In this document: piece after piece, positions 11,441 to 25,700 of the stretch
Position numbering within the stretch: the first letter of the stretch is position 1
Layout: each line of letters begins with the position of its first letter
Assembly: GCA_964057225.1 (NCBI GenBank)
Contig: OZ059895.1
Location: forward strand, 20,770,001 to 20,834,000
Direction of reading: 5' to 3'
DNA length: 64,000 bases
Source: Auanema rhodensis
Taxonomy: Eukaryota > Animalia > Nematoda
The notes under the pieces: generated by a model
The model's database searches: none
What the model was told of the DNA's origin: nothing
Seen by the model: only the letters and a program-made list of their open reading frames with translations
Program-made: the position numbers and the translations under genes

Positions 11441-14400
11441 CATGTCCATATAAGTCTAAAAACAAATTTTTATTAATATTGGTGCATGGTAACCATGACT
11501 TTAAAATTTACGTGAACTTCAATTTATGCTAATTAAGTGTACACGTGATGTGCGCTTGGTATGTAACTCTCTTCACGTGAAAGGTAAAGAGATGCGGTTT
11601 TCAAAATTAGATTCCTCATGTCCATATTAGTCTAAAAACAAATTTTTATTGATATTGGTGCATGGTAACCATGACTTTAAAATTTACGTGAACTTTAATT
11701 TATGCTAATTAAGTGTACACATGATGTGCACTTGGTATGTAACTTGCTTCACGTCAAAGATAAAGAGATGCGGTTTTCAAAATTAGATTCCCCATGTCCA
11801 TTTTAGTCTAAAAACGAATTTTTATTGATATTGGTGGATGGTAACCATGACTTTAAAACTTACGTGAACTTCAATTTATGCTAATTAAGTGTACACGTGA
11901 TGTGCACTTGGTATGTAACTCGCTTCACGTGAAAGATAAAGAGATGCGGTTTTCAAAATTAGATTCCTCATGTCCATATTAGTCTAAAAACGAATTTTTA
12001 TTGATATTGGTGCATGGTAACCATGACTTTAAAATTTACGTGAACTTTAATTTATGCTAATTAAGTGTACACATGATGTGCACTTGGTATGTAACTCGCT
12101 TCACGTCAAAGATAAAGAGATGCGGTTTTCAAAATTAGATTCCCCATGTCCATGTTAGTCTAAAAACAAATTTCTATTAATATTGGTGCATGGTAACTAT
12201 GACTTTGAAATTTACGTGAACTTTAATTTATGCTAATTAAGTGTACACATGATGTGCACTTGGTATGTAACTCGCTTCAAGTGAAAGATAAAGAGATGCG
12301 CTTTTCAAAATTAGATTTCGCATGTCCATATTAGTCTAAAAACAAATTTTTATTGATATTGGTGCATGGTAACCATGACTTTAAAATTTACGTGAACTTT
12401 AATTTATGCTAATTAAGTGTACACATGATGTGCACTTGGTATGTAACTCGCTTCACGTCAAAGATAAAGAGATGCGGTTTTCAAAATTAGATTCCCCATG
12501 TCCATATTAGTCTAAAAACAAATTTTTATTAATATTGGTGCATGGTAACCATGACTTTGAAATTTACGTGAACTTTAATTTATGCTAATTAAGTGTACAC
12601 ATGATGTGCACTTGGTATGTAACTCGCTTCACGTCAAAGATAAAAAGATGAGGTTTTCAAAATTAGATTCCCCATGTCCATATTAGTCTAAAAACAAATT
12701 TTTATTAATATTGGTGCATGGTAACCATGACTTTGAAATTTACGTGAACTTTAATTTATGCTAATTAAGTGTACACATGATGTGCGCTTGGTATGTAACT
12801 CGCTTCACGTGAAAGATAAAGAGATGCGGTTTCCAAAATTAGATTCCCCATGTCCATATTAGTCTAAAAACAAATTTTTATTGATATTGGTGCATGGCAA
12901 CCATGACTTTAAAATTTACGTGAACTTTAATTTATGTTAATTAAGTGTACACATGATGTGCACTTGGTATGTAACTCGCTTCACTCAAAGATAAAGAGAT
13001 GCGGTTTTCAAAATTAGATTCCCCATGTCCATATTAGTCTAAAAACAATTTTTTATCAATATTGGTGCATGGTAACCATGACTTTGAAATTTACGTGAAC
13101 TTTAATTTATGCTAATTAAGTGTACACATGATGTGCGCTTGGTATGTAACTCTCTTCACGTGAAAGATAAAGAGATGCGGTTTTCAAAATTAGATTCCTC
13201 ATGTCCATATTAGTCTAAAAACGAATTTTTATTGATATTAATGCATGGTAACCATGACTTTAAAATTTACGTGAACTTTAATTTATGCTAATTAAGTGTA
13301 CACATGATATGCACTTGGTATGTAACTCGCTTCACGTCAAAGATAAAGAGATGCGGTTTTCAAAATTAGATTCCCCATGTCCATATTAGCCTAAAAACAA
13401 ATTTTTTATTGATATTGGTGCATGGTAACCATGACTTTGAAATTTACGTGAACTTTAATTTATGCTAATTAAGTGTACACGTGATGTGCACTTGGTATGT
13501 AACTCGCTTCACGTGAAAGATAAAGAGATGCGGTTTTCAAAATTAGATTCCCCATGTCCATATTAGTCTAAACACAAATTTTTATTGATATTGGTGCATG
13601 GTAACCATGACTTTGAAATTTACGTGAACTTTAATTTATGCTAATTAAGTGTACACGTGATGTGCACTTGGTATGTAACTCGCTTCACGTGAAAGATAAA
13701 AAGATGCGGTTTTCAAAATTAGATTCCCCATGTCCATGTTAGTCTAAAAACAAATTTCTATTAATATTGGTGCATGGTAACTATGACTTTGAAATTTACG
13801 TGAACTTTAATTTATGCTAATTAAGTGTACACATGATGTGCACTTGGTATGTAACTCGCTTCAAGTGAAAGATAAAGAGATGCGCTTTTCAAAATTAGAT
13901 TTCGCATGTCCATATTAGTCTAAAAACAAATTTTTATTGATATTGGTGCATGGTAACCATGACTTTAAAATGTACGTGAACTTTAATTTATGCTAATTAA
14001 GTGTACACATGATGTGCACTTGGTATGTAACTCGCTTCACGTCAAAGATAAAGAGATGCGGTTTTCAAAATTAGATTCCCCATGTCCATATTAGTCTAAA
14101 AACAAATTTTTATTAATATTGGTGCATGGTAACCATGACTTTGAAATTTACGTGAACTTTAATTTATGCTAATTAAGTGTACACATGATGTGCACTTGGT
14201 ATGTAACTCGCTTCACGTCAAAGATAAAAAGATGAGGTTTTCAAAATTAGATTCCCCATGTCCATATTAGTCTAAAAACAAATTTTTATTAATATTGGTG
14301 CATGGTAACCATGACTTTGAAATTTACGTGAACTTTAATTTATGCTAATTAAGTGTACACATGATGTGCGCTTGGTATGTAACTCGCTTCACGTGAAAGA

Positions 14401-17400
14401 TAAAAAGATGCGGTTTCCAAAATTAGATTCCCCATGTCCATATTAGTCTAAAAACAAATTTTTATTGATATTGGTGCATGGCAACCATGACTTTAAAATT
14501 TACGTGAACTTTAATTTATGCTAATTAAGTGTACACATGATGTGCACTTGGTATGTAACTCGCTTCAAGTGAAAGATAAAGAGATGCGCTTTTCAAAATT
14601 AGATTTCGCATGTCCATATTAGTCTAAAAACAAATTTTTATTGATATTGGTGCATGGTAACCATGACTTTAAAATTTACGTGAACTTTAATTTATGCTAA
14701 TTAAGTGTACACATGATGTGCACTTGGTATGTAACTCGCTTCACGTCAAAGATAAAGAGATGCGGTTTTCAAAATTAGATTCCCCATGTCCATATTAGTC
14801 TAAAAACAAATTTTTATGAATATTGGTGCATGGTAACCATGACTTTGAAATTTACGTGAACTTTAATTTATGCTAATTAAGTGTACACATGATGTGCACT
14901 TGGTATGTAACTCGCTTCACGTCAAAGATAAAGAGATGCGGTTTTGAAAATTAGATTCCCCATGTCCATATTAGTCTAAAAACAAATTTTTATTAATATT
15001 GGTGCATGGTAACCATGACTTTGAAATTTACGTGAACTTTAATTTATGCTAATTAAGTGTACACATGATGTGCACTTGGTATGTAACTCGCTTCACGTCA
15101 AAGATAAAGAGATGCGGTTTTCAAAATTAGATTCCCCATGTCCATATTAGTCTAAAAACAATTTTTTATCAATATTGGTGCATGGTAACCATGACTTTGA
15201 AATTTACGTGAACTTTAATTTTTGCTAATTAAGTGTACACATGATGTGCACTTGGTATGTAACTCGCTTCACGTCAAAGATAAAGAGATGCGGTTTTCAA
15301 AATTAGATTCCCCATGTCCATATTAGTCTAAAAACAAATTTTTATTTATATTGGTGCATGGTAACCATGACTTTGAATTTTACGTGAACTTTAATTTATG
15401 CTAATTAAGTGTACACATGATGTGCACTTGGTATGTAACTCGCTTCAAGTGAAAGATAAAGAGATGCGGTTTTCAAAATTAGATTTCGCATGTCCATATT
15501 AGTCTAAAAACAAATTTTTATTGATATTGGTGCATGGTAACCATGACTTTAAAATTTACGTGAACTTTAATTTATGCTAATTAAGTGTACACATGATGTG
15601 CACTTGGTATGTAACTCGCTTCACGTCAAAGATAAAGAGATGCGGTTTTTAAAATTAGATTCCCCATGTCCATATAAGTCTAAAAACAAATTTTTATTAA
15701 TATTGGTGCATGGTAACCATGACTTTGAAATTTACGTGAACTTTAATTTATGCTAATTAAGTGTACACATGCTGTGCACTTGGTATGTAACTCGCTTCAC
15801 GTCAAAGATAAAGAGATGCGGTTTTCAAAATTAGATTCCCCATGTCCATATAAGTCTAAAAACAAATTTTTATTAATATTGGTGCATGGTAACCATGACT
15901 TTAAAATTTACGTGAACTTCAATTTATGCTAATTAAGTGTACACGTGATGTGCGCTTGGTATGTAACTCTCTTCACGTGAAAGGTAAAGAGATGCGGTTT
16001 TCAAAATTAGATTCCTCATGTCCATATTAGTCTAAAAACGAATTTTTATTGATATTGGTGCATGGTAACCATGACTTTAAAATTTACGTGAACTTTAATT
16101 TATGCTAATTAAGTGTACACATGATGTGCACTTGGTATGTAACTTGCTTCACGTCAAAGATAAAGAGATGCGGTTTTCAAAATTAGATTCCCCATGTCCA
16201 TTTTAGTCTAAAAACGAATTTTTATTGATATTGGTGGATGGTAACCATGACTTTAAAACTTACGTGAACTTCAATTTATGCTAATTAAGTGTACACGTGA
16301 TGTGCACTTGGTATGTAACTCGCTTCACGTGAAAGATAAAGAGATGCGGTTTTCAAAATTAGATTCCTCATGTCCATATTAGTCTAAAAACGAATTTTTA
16401 TTGATATTGGTGCATGGTAACCATGACTTTAAAATTTACGTGAACTTTAATTTATGCTAATTAAGTGTACACATGATGTGCACTTGGTATGTAACTCGCT
16501 TCACGTCAAAGATAAAGAGATGCGGTTTTCAAAATTAGATTCCCCATGTCCATGTTAGTCTAAAAACAAATTTCTATTAATATTGGTGCATGGTAACTAT
16601 GACTTTGAAATTTACGTGAACTTTAATTTATGCTAATTAAGTGTACACATGATGTGCACTTGGTATGTAACTCGCTTCAAGTGAAAGATAAAGAGATGCG
16701 CTTTTCAAAATTAGATTTCGCATGTCCATATTAGTCTAAAAACAAATTTTTATTGATATTGGTGCATGGTAACCATGACTTTAAAATTTACGTGAACTTT
16801 AATTTATGCTAATTAAGTGTACACATGATGTGCACTTGGTATGTAACTCGCTTCACGTCAAAGATAAAGAGATGCGGTTTTCAAAATTAGATTCCCCATG
16901 TCCATATTAGTCTAAAAACAAATTTTTATGAATATTGGTGCATGGTAACCATGACTTTGAAATTTACGTGAACTTTAATTTATGCTAATTAAGTGTACAC
17001 ATGATGTGCACTTGGTATGTAACTCGCTTCACGTCAAAGATAAAGAGATGCGGTTTTGAAAATTAGATTCCCCATGTCCATATTAGTCTAAAAACAAATT
17101 TTTATTAATATTGGTGCATGGTAACCATGACTTTGAAATTTACGTGAACTTTAATTTATGCTAATTAAGTGTACACATGATGTGCACTTGGTAAGTAACT
17201 CGCTTCACGTCAAAGATAAAGAGATGCGGTTTTCAAAATTAGATTCCCCATGTCCATATTAGTCTAAAAACAATTTTTTATCAATATTGGTGCATGGTAA
17301 CCATGACTTTGAAATTTACGTGAACTTTAATTTATGCTAATTAAGTGTACACATGATGTGCACTTGGTATGTAACTCGCTTCACGTCAAAGATAAAGAGA

Positions 17401-19749
17401 TGCGGTTTTGAAAATTAGATTCCCCATGTCCATATTAGTCTAAAAACAAATTTTTATTAATATTGGTGCATGGTAACCATGACTTTGAAATTTACGTGAA
17501 CTTTAATTTATGCTAATTAAGTGTACACATGATGTGCACTTGGTAAGTAACTCGCTTCACGTCAAAGATAAAGAGATGCGGTTTTCAAAATTAGATTCCC
17601 CATGTCCATATTAGTCTAAAAACAATTTTTTATCAATATTGGTGCATGGTAACCATGACTTTGAAATTTACGTGAACTTTAATTTTTGCTAATTAAGTGT
17701 ACACATGCTGTGCGCTTGGTATGTAACTCTCTTCACGTGAAAGATAAAGAGATGCGGTTTCCAAAATTAGATTCCCCATGTCCATATTAGTCTAAAAACA
17801 AATTTTTATTGATATTGGTGCATGGTAACCATGACTTTAAAATTTACGTGAACTTTAATTTATGCTAATTAAGTGTACACATGATGTGCACTTGGTATGT
17901 AACTCGCTTCACGTCAAAGATAAAGAGATGCGGTTTTCAAAATTAGATTCCCCATGTCCATGTTAGTCTAAAAACAAATTTCTATTAATATTGGTGCATG
18001 GTAACTATGACTTTGAAATTTACGTGAACTTTAATTTATGCTAATTAAGTGTACACATGATGTGCACTTGGTATGTAACTCGCTTCAAGTGAAAGATAAA
18101 GAGATGCGCTTTTCAAAATTAGATTTCGCATGTCCATATTAGTCTAAAAACAAATTTTTATTGATATTGGTGCATGGTAACCATGACTTTAAAATTTACG
18201 TGAACTTTAATTTATGCTAATTAAGTGTACACATGATGTGCACTTGGTATGTAACTCGCTTCACGTCAAAGATAAAGAGATGCGGTTTTCAAAATTAGAT
18301 TCCCCATGTCCATATTAGTCTAAAAACAAATTTTTATTAATATTGGTGCATGGTAACCATGACTTTGAAATTTACGTGAACTTTAATTTATGCTAATTAA
18401 GTGTACACATGATGTGCACTTGGTATGTAACTCGCTTCACGTCAAAGATAAAAAGATGAGGTTTTCAAAATTAGATTCCCCATGTCCATATTAGTCTAAA
18501 AACAAATTTTTATTAATATTGGTGCATGGTAACCATGACTTTGAAATTTACGTGAACTTTAATTTATGCTAATTAAGTGTACACATGATGTGCGCTTGGT
18601 ATGTAACTCGCTTCACGTGAAAGATAAAGAGATGCGGTTTCCAAAATTAGATTCCCCATGTCCATATTAGTCTAAAAACAAATTTTTATTGATATTGGTG
18701 CATGGCAACCATGACTTTAAAATTTACGTGAACTTTAATTTATGTTAATTAAGTGTACACATGATGTGCACTTGGTATGTAACTCGCTTCACTCAAAGAT
18801 AAAGAGATGCGGTTTTCAAAATTAGATTCCCCATGTCCATATTAGTCTAAAAACAATTTTTTATCAATATTGGTGCATGGTAACCATGACTTTGAAATTT
18901 ACGTGAACTTTAATTTATGCTAATTAAGTGTACACATGATGTGCGCTTGGTATGTAACTCTCTTCACGTGAAAGATAAAGAGATGCGGTTTTCAAAATTA
19001 GATTCCTCATGTCCATATTAGTCTAAAAACGAATTTTTATTGATATTAATGCATGGTAACCATGACTTTAAAATTTACGTGAACTTTAATTTATGCTAAT
19101 TAAGTGTACACATGATATGCACTTGGTATGTAACTCGCTTCACGTCAAAGATAAAGAGATGCGGTTTTCAAAATTAGATTCCCCATGTCCATATTAGCCT
19201 AAAAACAAATTTTTTATTGATATTGGTGCATGGTAACCATGACTTTGAAATTTACGTGAACTTTAATTTATGCTAATTAAGTGTACACGTGATGTGCACT
19301 TGGTATGTAACTCGCTTCACGTGAAAGATAAAGAGATGCGGTTTTCAAAATTAGATTCCCCATGTCCATATTAGTCTAAACACAAATTTTTATTGATATT
19401 GGTGCATGGTAACCATGACTTTGAAATTTACGTGAACTTTAATTTATGCTAATTAAGTGTACACGTGATGTGCACTTGGTATGTAACTCGCTTCACGTGA
19501 AAGATAAAAAGATGCGGTTTTCAAAATTAGATTCCCCATGTCCATGTTAGTCTAAAAACAAATTTCTATTAATATTGGTGCATGGTAACTATGACTTTGA
19601 AATTTACGTGAACTTTAATTTATGCTAATTAAGTGTACACATGATGTGCACTTGGTATGTAACTCGCTTCAAGTGAAAGATAAAGAGATGCGCTTTTCAA
19701 AATTAGATTTCGCATGTCCATATTAGTCTAAAAACAAATTTTTATTGAT

Positions 19750-22700
19750 ATTGGTGCATGGTAACCATGACTTTAAAATGTACGTGAACTTTAATTTATG
19801 CTAATTAAGTGTACACATGATGTGCACTTGGTATGTAACTCGCTTCACGTCAAAGATAAAGAGATGCGGTTTTCAAAATTAGATTCCCCATGTCCATATT
19901 AGTCTAAAAACAAATTTTTATTAATATTGGTGCATGGTAACCATGACTTTGAAATTTACGTGAACTTTAATTTATGCTAATTAAGTGTACACATGATGTG
20001 CACTTGGTATGTAACTCGCTTCACGTCAAAGATAAAAAGATGAGGTTTTCAAAATTAGATTCCCCATGTCCATATTAGTCTAAAAACAAATTTTTATTAA
20101 TATTGGTGCATGGTAACCATGACTTTGAAATTTACGTGAACTTTAATTTATGCTAATTAAGTGTACACATGATGTGCGCTTGGTATGTAACTCGCTTCAC
20201 GTGAAAGATAAAGAGATGCGGTTTCCAAAATTAGATTCCCCATGTCCATATTAGTCTAAAAACAAATTTTTATTGATATTGGTGCATGGCAACCATGACT
20301 TTAAAATTTACGTGAACTTTAATTTATGCTAATTAAGTGTACACATGATGTGCACTTGGTATGTAACTCGCTTCACGTCAAAGATAAAAAGATGAGGTTT
20401 TCAAAATTAGATTCCCCATGTCCATATTAGTCTAAAAACAAATTTTTATTAATATTGGTGCATGGTAACCATGACTTTGAAATTTACGTGAACTTTAATT
20501 TATGCTAATTAAGTGTACACATGATGTGCGCTTGGTATGTAACTCGCTTCACGTGAAAGATAAAGAGATGCGGTTTCCAAAATTAGATTCCCCATGTCCA
20601 TATTAGTCTAAAAACAAATTTTTATTAATATTGGTGCATGGTAACCATGACTTTGAAATTTACGTGAACTTTAATTTATGCTAATTAAGTGTACACATGA
20701 TGTGCACTTGGTATGTAACTCGCTTCACGTCAAAGATAAAAAGATGAGGTTTTCAAAATTAGATTCCCCATGTCCATATTAGTCTAAAAACAAATTTTTA
20801 TTGATATTGGTGCATGGCAACCATGACTTTAAAATTTACGTGAACTTTAATTTATGCTAATTAAGTGTACACATGATGTGCACTTGGTATGTAACTCGCT
20901 TCACGTCAAAGATAAAAAGATGAGGTTTTCAAAATTAGATTCCCCATGTCCATATTAGTCTAAAAACAAATTTTTATTAATATTGGTGCATGGTAACCAT
21001 GACTTTGAAATTTACGTGAACTTTAATTTATGCTAATTAAGTGTACACGTGATGTGCACTTGGTATGTAACTCGCTTCACGTGAAAGATAAAAAGATGCG
21101 GTTTTCAAAATTAGATTCCCCATGTCCATGTTAGTCTAAAAACAAATTTCTATTAATATTGGTGCATGGTAACTATGACTTTGAAATTTACGTGAACTTT
21201 AATTTATGCTAATTAAGTGTACACATGATGTGCACTTGGTATGTAACTCGCTTCAAGTGAAAGATAAAGAGATGCGCTTTTCAAAATTAGATTTCGCATG
21301 TCCATATTAGTCTAAAAACAAATTTTTATTGATATTGGTGCATGGTAACCATGACTTTAAAATGTACGTGAACTTTAATTTATGCTAATTAAGTGTACAC
21401 ATGATGTGCACTTGGTATGTAACTCGCTTCACGTCAAAGATAAAGAGATGCGGTTTTCAAAATTAGATTCCCCATGTCCATATTAGTCTAAAAACAAATT
21501 TTTATTAATATTGGTGCATGGTAACCATGACTTTGAAATTTACGTGAACTTTAATTTATGCTAATTAAGTGTACACATGATGTGCACTTGGTATGTAACT
21601 CGCTTCATGTCAAAGATAAAAAGATGAGGTTTTCAAAATTAGATTCCCCATGTCCATATTAGTCTAAAAACAAATTTTTATTAATATTGGTGCATGGTAA
21701 CCATGACTTTGAAATTTACGTGAACTTTAATTTATGCTAATTAAGTGTACACATGATGTGCGCTTGGTATGTAACTCGCTTCACGTGAAAGATAAAGAGA
21801 TGCGGTTTCCAAAATTAGATTCCCCATGTCCATATTAGTCTAAAAACAAATTTTTATTGATATTGGTGCATGGCAACCATGACTTTAAAATTTACGTGAA
21901 CTTTAATTTATGCTAATTAAGTGTACACATGATGTGCACTTGGTATGTAACTCGCTTCACGTCAAAGATAAAAAGATGAGGTTTTCAAAATTAGATTCCC
22001 CATGTCCATATTAGTCTAAAAACAAATTTTTATTAATATTGGTGCATGGTAACCATGACTTTGAAATTTACGTGAACTTTAATTTATGCTAATTAAGTGT
22101 ACACATGATGTGCGCTTGGTATGTAACTCGCTTCACGTGAAAGATAAAGAGATGCGGTTTCCAAAATTAGATTCCCCATGTCCATATTAGTCTAAAAACA
22201 AATTTTTATTGATATTGGTGCATGGCAACCATGACTTTAAAATTTACGTGAACTTTAATTTATGCTAATTAAGTGTACACATGATGTGCACTTGGTATGT
22301 AACTCGCTTCACGTCAAAGATAAAAAGATGAGGTTTTCAAAATTAGATTCCCCATGTCCATATTAGTCTAAAAACAAATTTTTATTAATATTGGTGCATG
22401 GTAACCATGACTTTGAAATTTACGTGAACTTTAATTTATGCTAATTAAGTGTACACATGATGTGCGCTTGGTATGTAACTCGCTTCACGTGAAAGATAAA
22501 GAGATGCGGTTTCCAAAATTAGATTCCCCATGTCCATATTAGTCTAAAAACAAATTTTTATTAATATTGGTGCATGGTAACTATGACTTTGAAATTTACG
22601 TGAACTTTAATTTATGCTAATTAAGTGTACACATGATGTGCACTTGGTATGTAACTCGCTTCACGTCAAAGATAAAAAGATGAGGTTTTCAAAATTAGAT

Positions 22701-25700
22701 TCCCCATGTCCATATTAGTCTAAAAACAAATTTTTATTGATATTGGTGCATGGCAACCATGACTTTAAAATTTACGTGAACTTTAATTTATGCTAATTAA
22801 GTGTACACATGATGTGCACTTGGTATGTAACTCGCTTCACGTCAAAGATAAAAAGATGAGGTTTTCAAAATTAGATTCCCCATGTCCATATTAGTCTAAA
22901 AACAAATTTTTATTAATATTGGTGCATGGTAACCATGACTTTGAAATTTACGTGAACTTTAATTTATGCTAATTAAGTGTACACATGATGTGCACTTGGT
23001 ATGTAACTCGCTTCACGTCAAAGATAAAAAGATGAGGTTTTCAAAATTAGATTCCCCATGTCCATATTAGTCTAAAAACAAATTTTTATTAATATTGGTG
23101 CATGGTAACCATGACTTTGAAATTTACGTGAACTTTAATTTATGCTAATTAAGTGTACACATGATGTGCGCTTGGTATGTAACTCGCTTCACGTGAAAGA
23201 TAAAGAGATGCGGTTTCCAAAATTAGATTCCCCATGTCCATATTAGTCTAAAAACAAATTTTTATTGATATTGGTGCATGGCAACCATGACTTTAAAATT
23301 TACGTGAACTTTAATTTATGCTAATTAAGTGTACACATGATGTGCACTTGGTATGTAACTCGCTTCACGTCAAAGATAAAAAGATGAGGTTTTCAAAATT
23401 AGATTCCCCATGTCCATATTAGTCTAAAAACAAATTTTTGTTAATATTGGTGCATGGTAACCATGACTTTGAAATTTACGTGAACTTTAATTTATGCTAA
23501 TTAAGTGTACACATGATGTGCGCTTGGTATGTAACTCGCTTCACGTGAAAGATAAAGAGATGCGGTTTCCAAAATTAGATTCCCCATGTCCATATTAGTC
23601 TAAAAACAAATTTTTATTGATATTGGTGCATGGCAACCATGACTTTAAAATTTACGTGAACTTTAATTTATGCTAATTAAGTGTACACATGATGTGCACT
23701 TGGTATGTAACTCGCTTCACGTCAAAGATAAAAAGATGAGGTTTTCAAAATTAGATTCCCCATGTCCATATTAGTCTAAAAACAAATTTTTATTAATATT
23801 GGTGCATGGTAACCATGACTTTGAAATTTACGTGAACTTTAATTTATGCTAATTAAGTGTACACATGATGTGCGCTTGGTATGTAACTCGCTTCACGTGA
23901 AAGATAAAGAGATGCGGTTTTCAAAATTAGATTCCCCATGTCCATATTAGTCTAAACACAAATTTTTATTGATATTGGTGCATGGTAACCATGACTTTAA
24001 AATGTACGTGAACTTTAATTTATGCTAATTAAGTGTACACATGATGTGCACTTGGTATGTAACTCGCTTCACGTCAAAGATAAAGAGATGCGGTTTTCAA
24101 AATTAGATTCCCCATGTCCATATTAGTCTAAAAACAAATTTTTATTAATATTGGTGCATGGTAACCATGACTTTGAAATTTACGTGAACTTTAATTTATG
24201 CTAATTAAGTGTACACATGATGTGCACTTGGTATGTAACTCGCTTCACGTCAAAGATAAAAAGATGAGGTTTTCAAAATTAGATTCCCCATGTCCATATT
24301 AGTCTAAAAACAAATTTTTATTAATATTGGTGCATGGTAACCATGACTTTGAAATTTACGTGAACTTTAATTTATGCTAATTAAGTGTACACATGATGTG
24401 CGCTTGGTATGTAACTCGCTTCACGTGAAAGATAAAGAGATGCGGTTTCCAAAATTAGATTCCCCATGTCCATATTAGTCTAAAAACAAATTTTTATTGA
24501 TATTGGTGCATGGCAACCATGACTTTAAAATTTACGTGAACTTTAATTTATGCTAATTAAGTGTACACATGATGTGCACTTGGTATGTAACTCGCTTCAC
24601 GTCAAAGATAAAAAGATGAGGTTTTCAAAATTAGATTCCCCATGTCCATATTAGTCTAAAAACAAATTTTTATTAATATTGGTGCATGGTAACCATGACT
24701 TTGAAATTTACGTGAACTTTAATTTATGCTAATTAAGTGTACACATGATGTGCGCTTGGTATGTAACTCGCTTCACGTGAAAGATAAAGAGATGCGGTTT
24801 CCAAAATTAGATTCCCCATGTCCATATTAGTCTAAAAACAAATTTTTATTAATATTGGTGCATGGTAACCATGACTTTGAAATTTACGTGAACTTTAATT
24901 TATGCTAATTAAGTGTACACATGATGTGCACTTGGTATGTAACTCGCTTCACGTCAAAGATAAAAAGATGAGGTTTTCAAAATTAGATTCCCCATGTCCA
25001 TATTAGTCTAAAAACAAATTTTTATTGATATTGGTGCATGGCAACCATGACTTTAAAATTTACGTGAACTTTAATTTATGCTAATTAAGTGTACACATGA
25101 TGTGCACTTGGTATGTAACTCGCTTCACGTCAAAGATAAAAAGATGAGGTTTTCAAAATTAGATTCCCCATGTCCATATTAGTCTAAAAACAAATTTTTA
25201 TTAATATTGGTGCATGGTAACCATGACTTTGAAATTTACGTGAACTTTAATTTATGCTAATTAAGTGTACACGTGATGTGCACTTGGTATGTAACTCGCT
25301 TCACGTGAAAGATAAAAAGATGCGGTTTTCAAAATTAGATTCCCCATGTCCATGTTAGTCTAAAAACAAATTTCTATTAATATTGGTGCATGGTAACTAT
25401 GACTTTGAAATTTACGTGAACTTTAATTTATGCTAATTAAGTGTACACATGATGTGCACTTGGTATGTAACTCGCTTCAAGTGAAAGATAAAGAGATGCG
25501 CTTTTCAAAATTAGATTTCGCATGTCCATATTAGTCTAAAAACAAATTTTTATTGATATTGGTGCATGGTAACCATGACTTTAAAATGTACGTGAACTTT
25601 AATTTATGCTAATTAAGTGTACACATGATGTGCACTTGGTATGTAACTCGCTTCACGTCAAAGATAAAGAGATGCGGTTTTCAAAATTAGATTCCCCATG

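Noticed and set aside
8358-15932. Six 60-aa ORFs (MLIKCTH...NFNLC)
   Set aside because: Each is one satellite monomer in which TATTAG became TATAAG, removing the single in-frame stop. Because 176 is not divisible by 3, the frame ends in the next monomer. There is no recognisable domain or gene context, and the spacing (1408, 4400) simply follows the block duplications.
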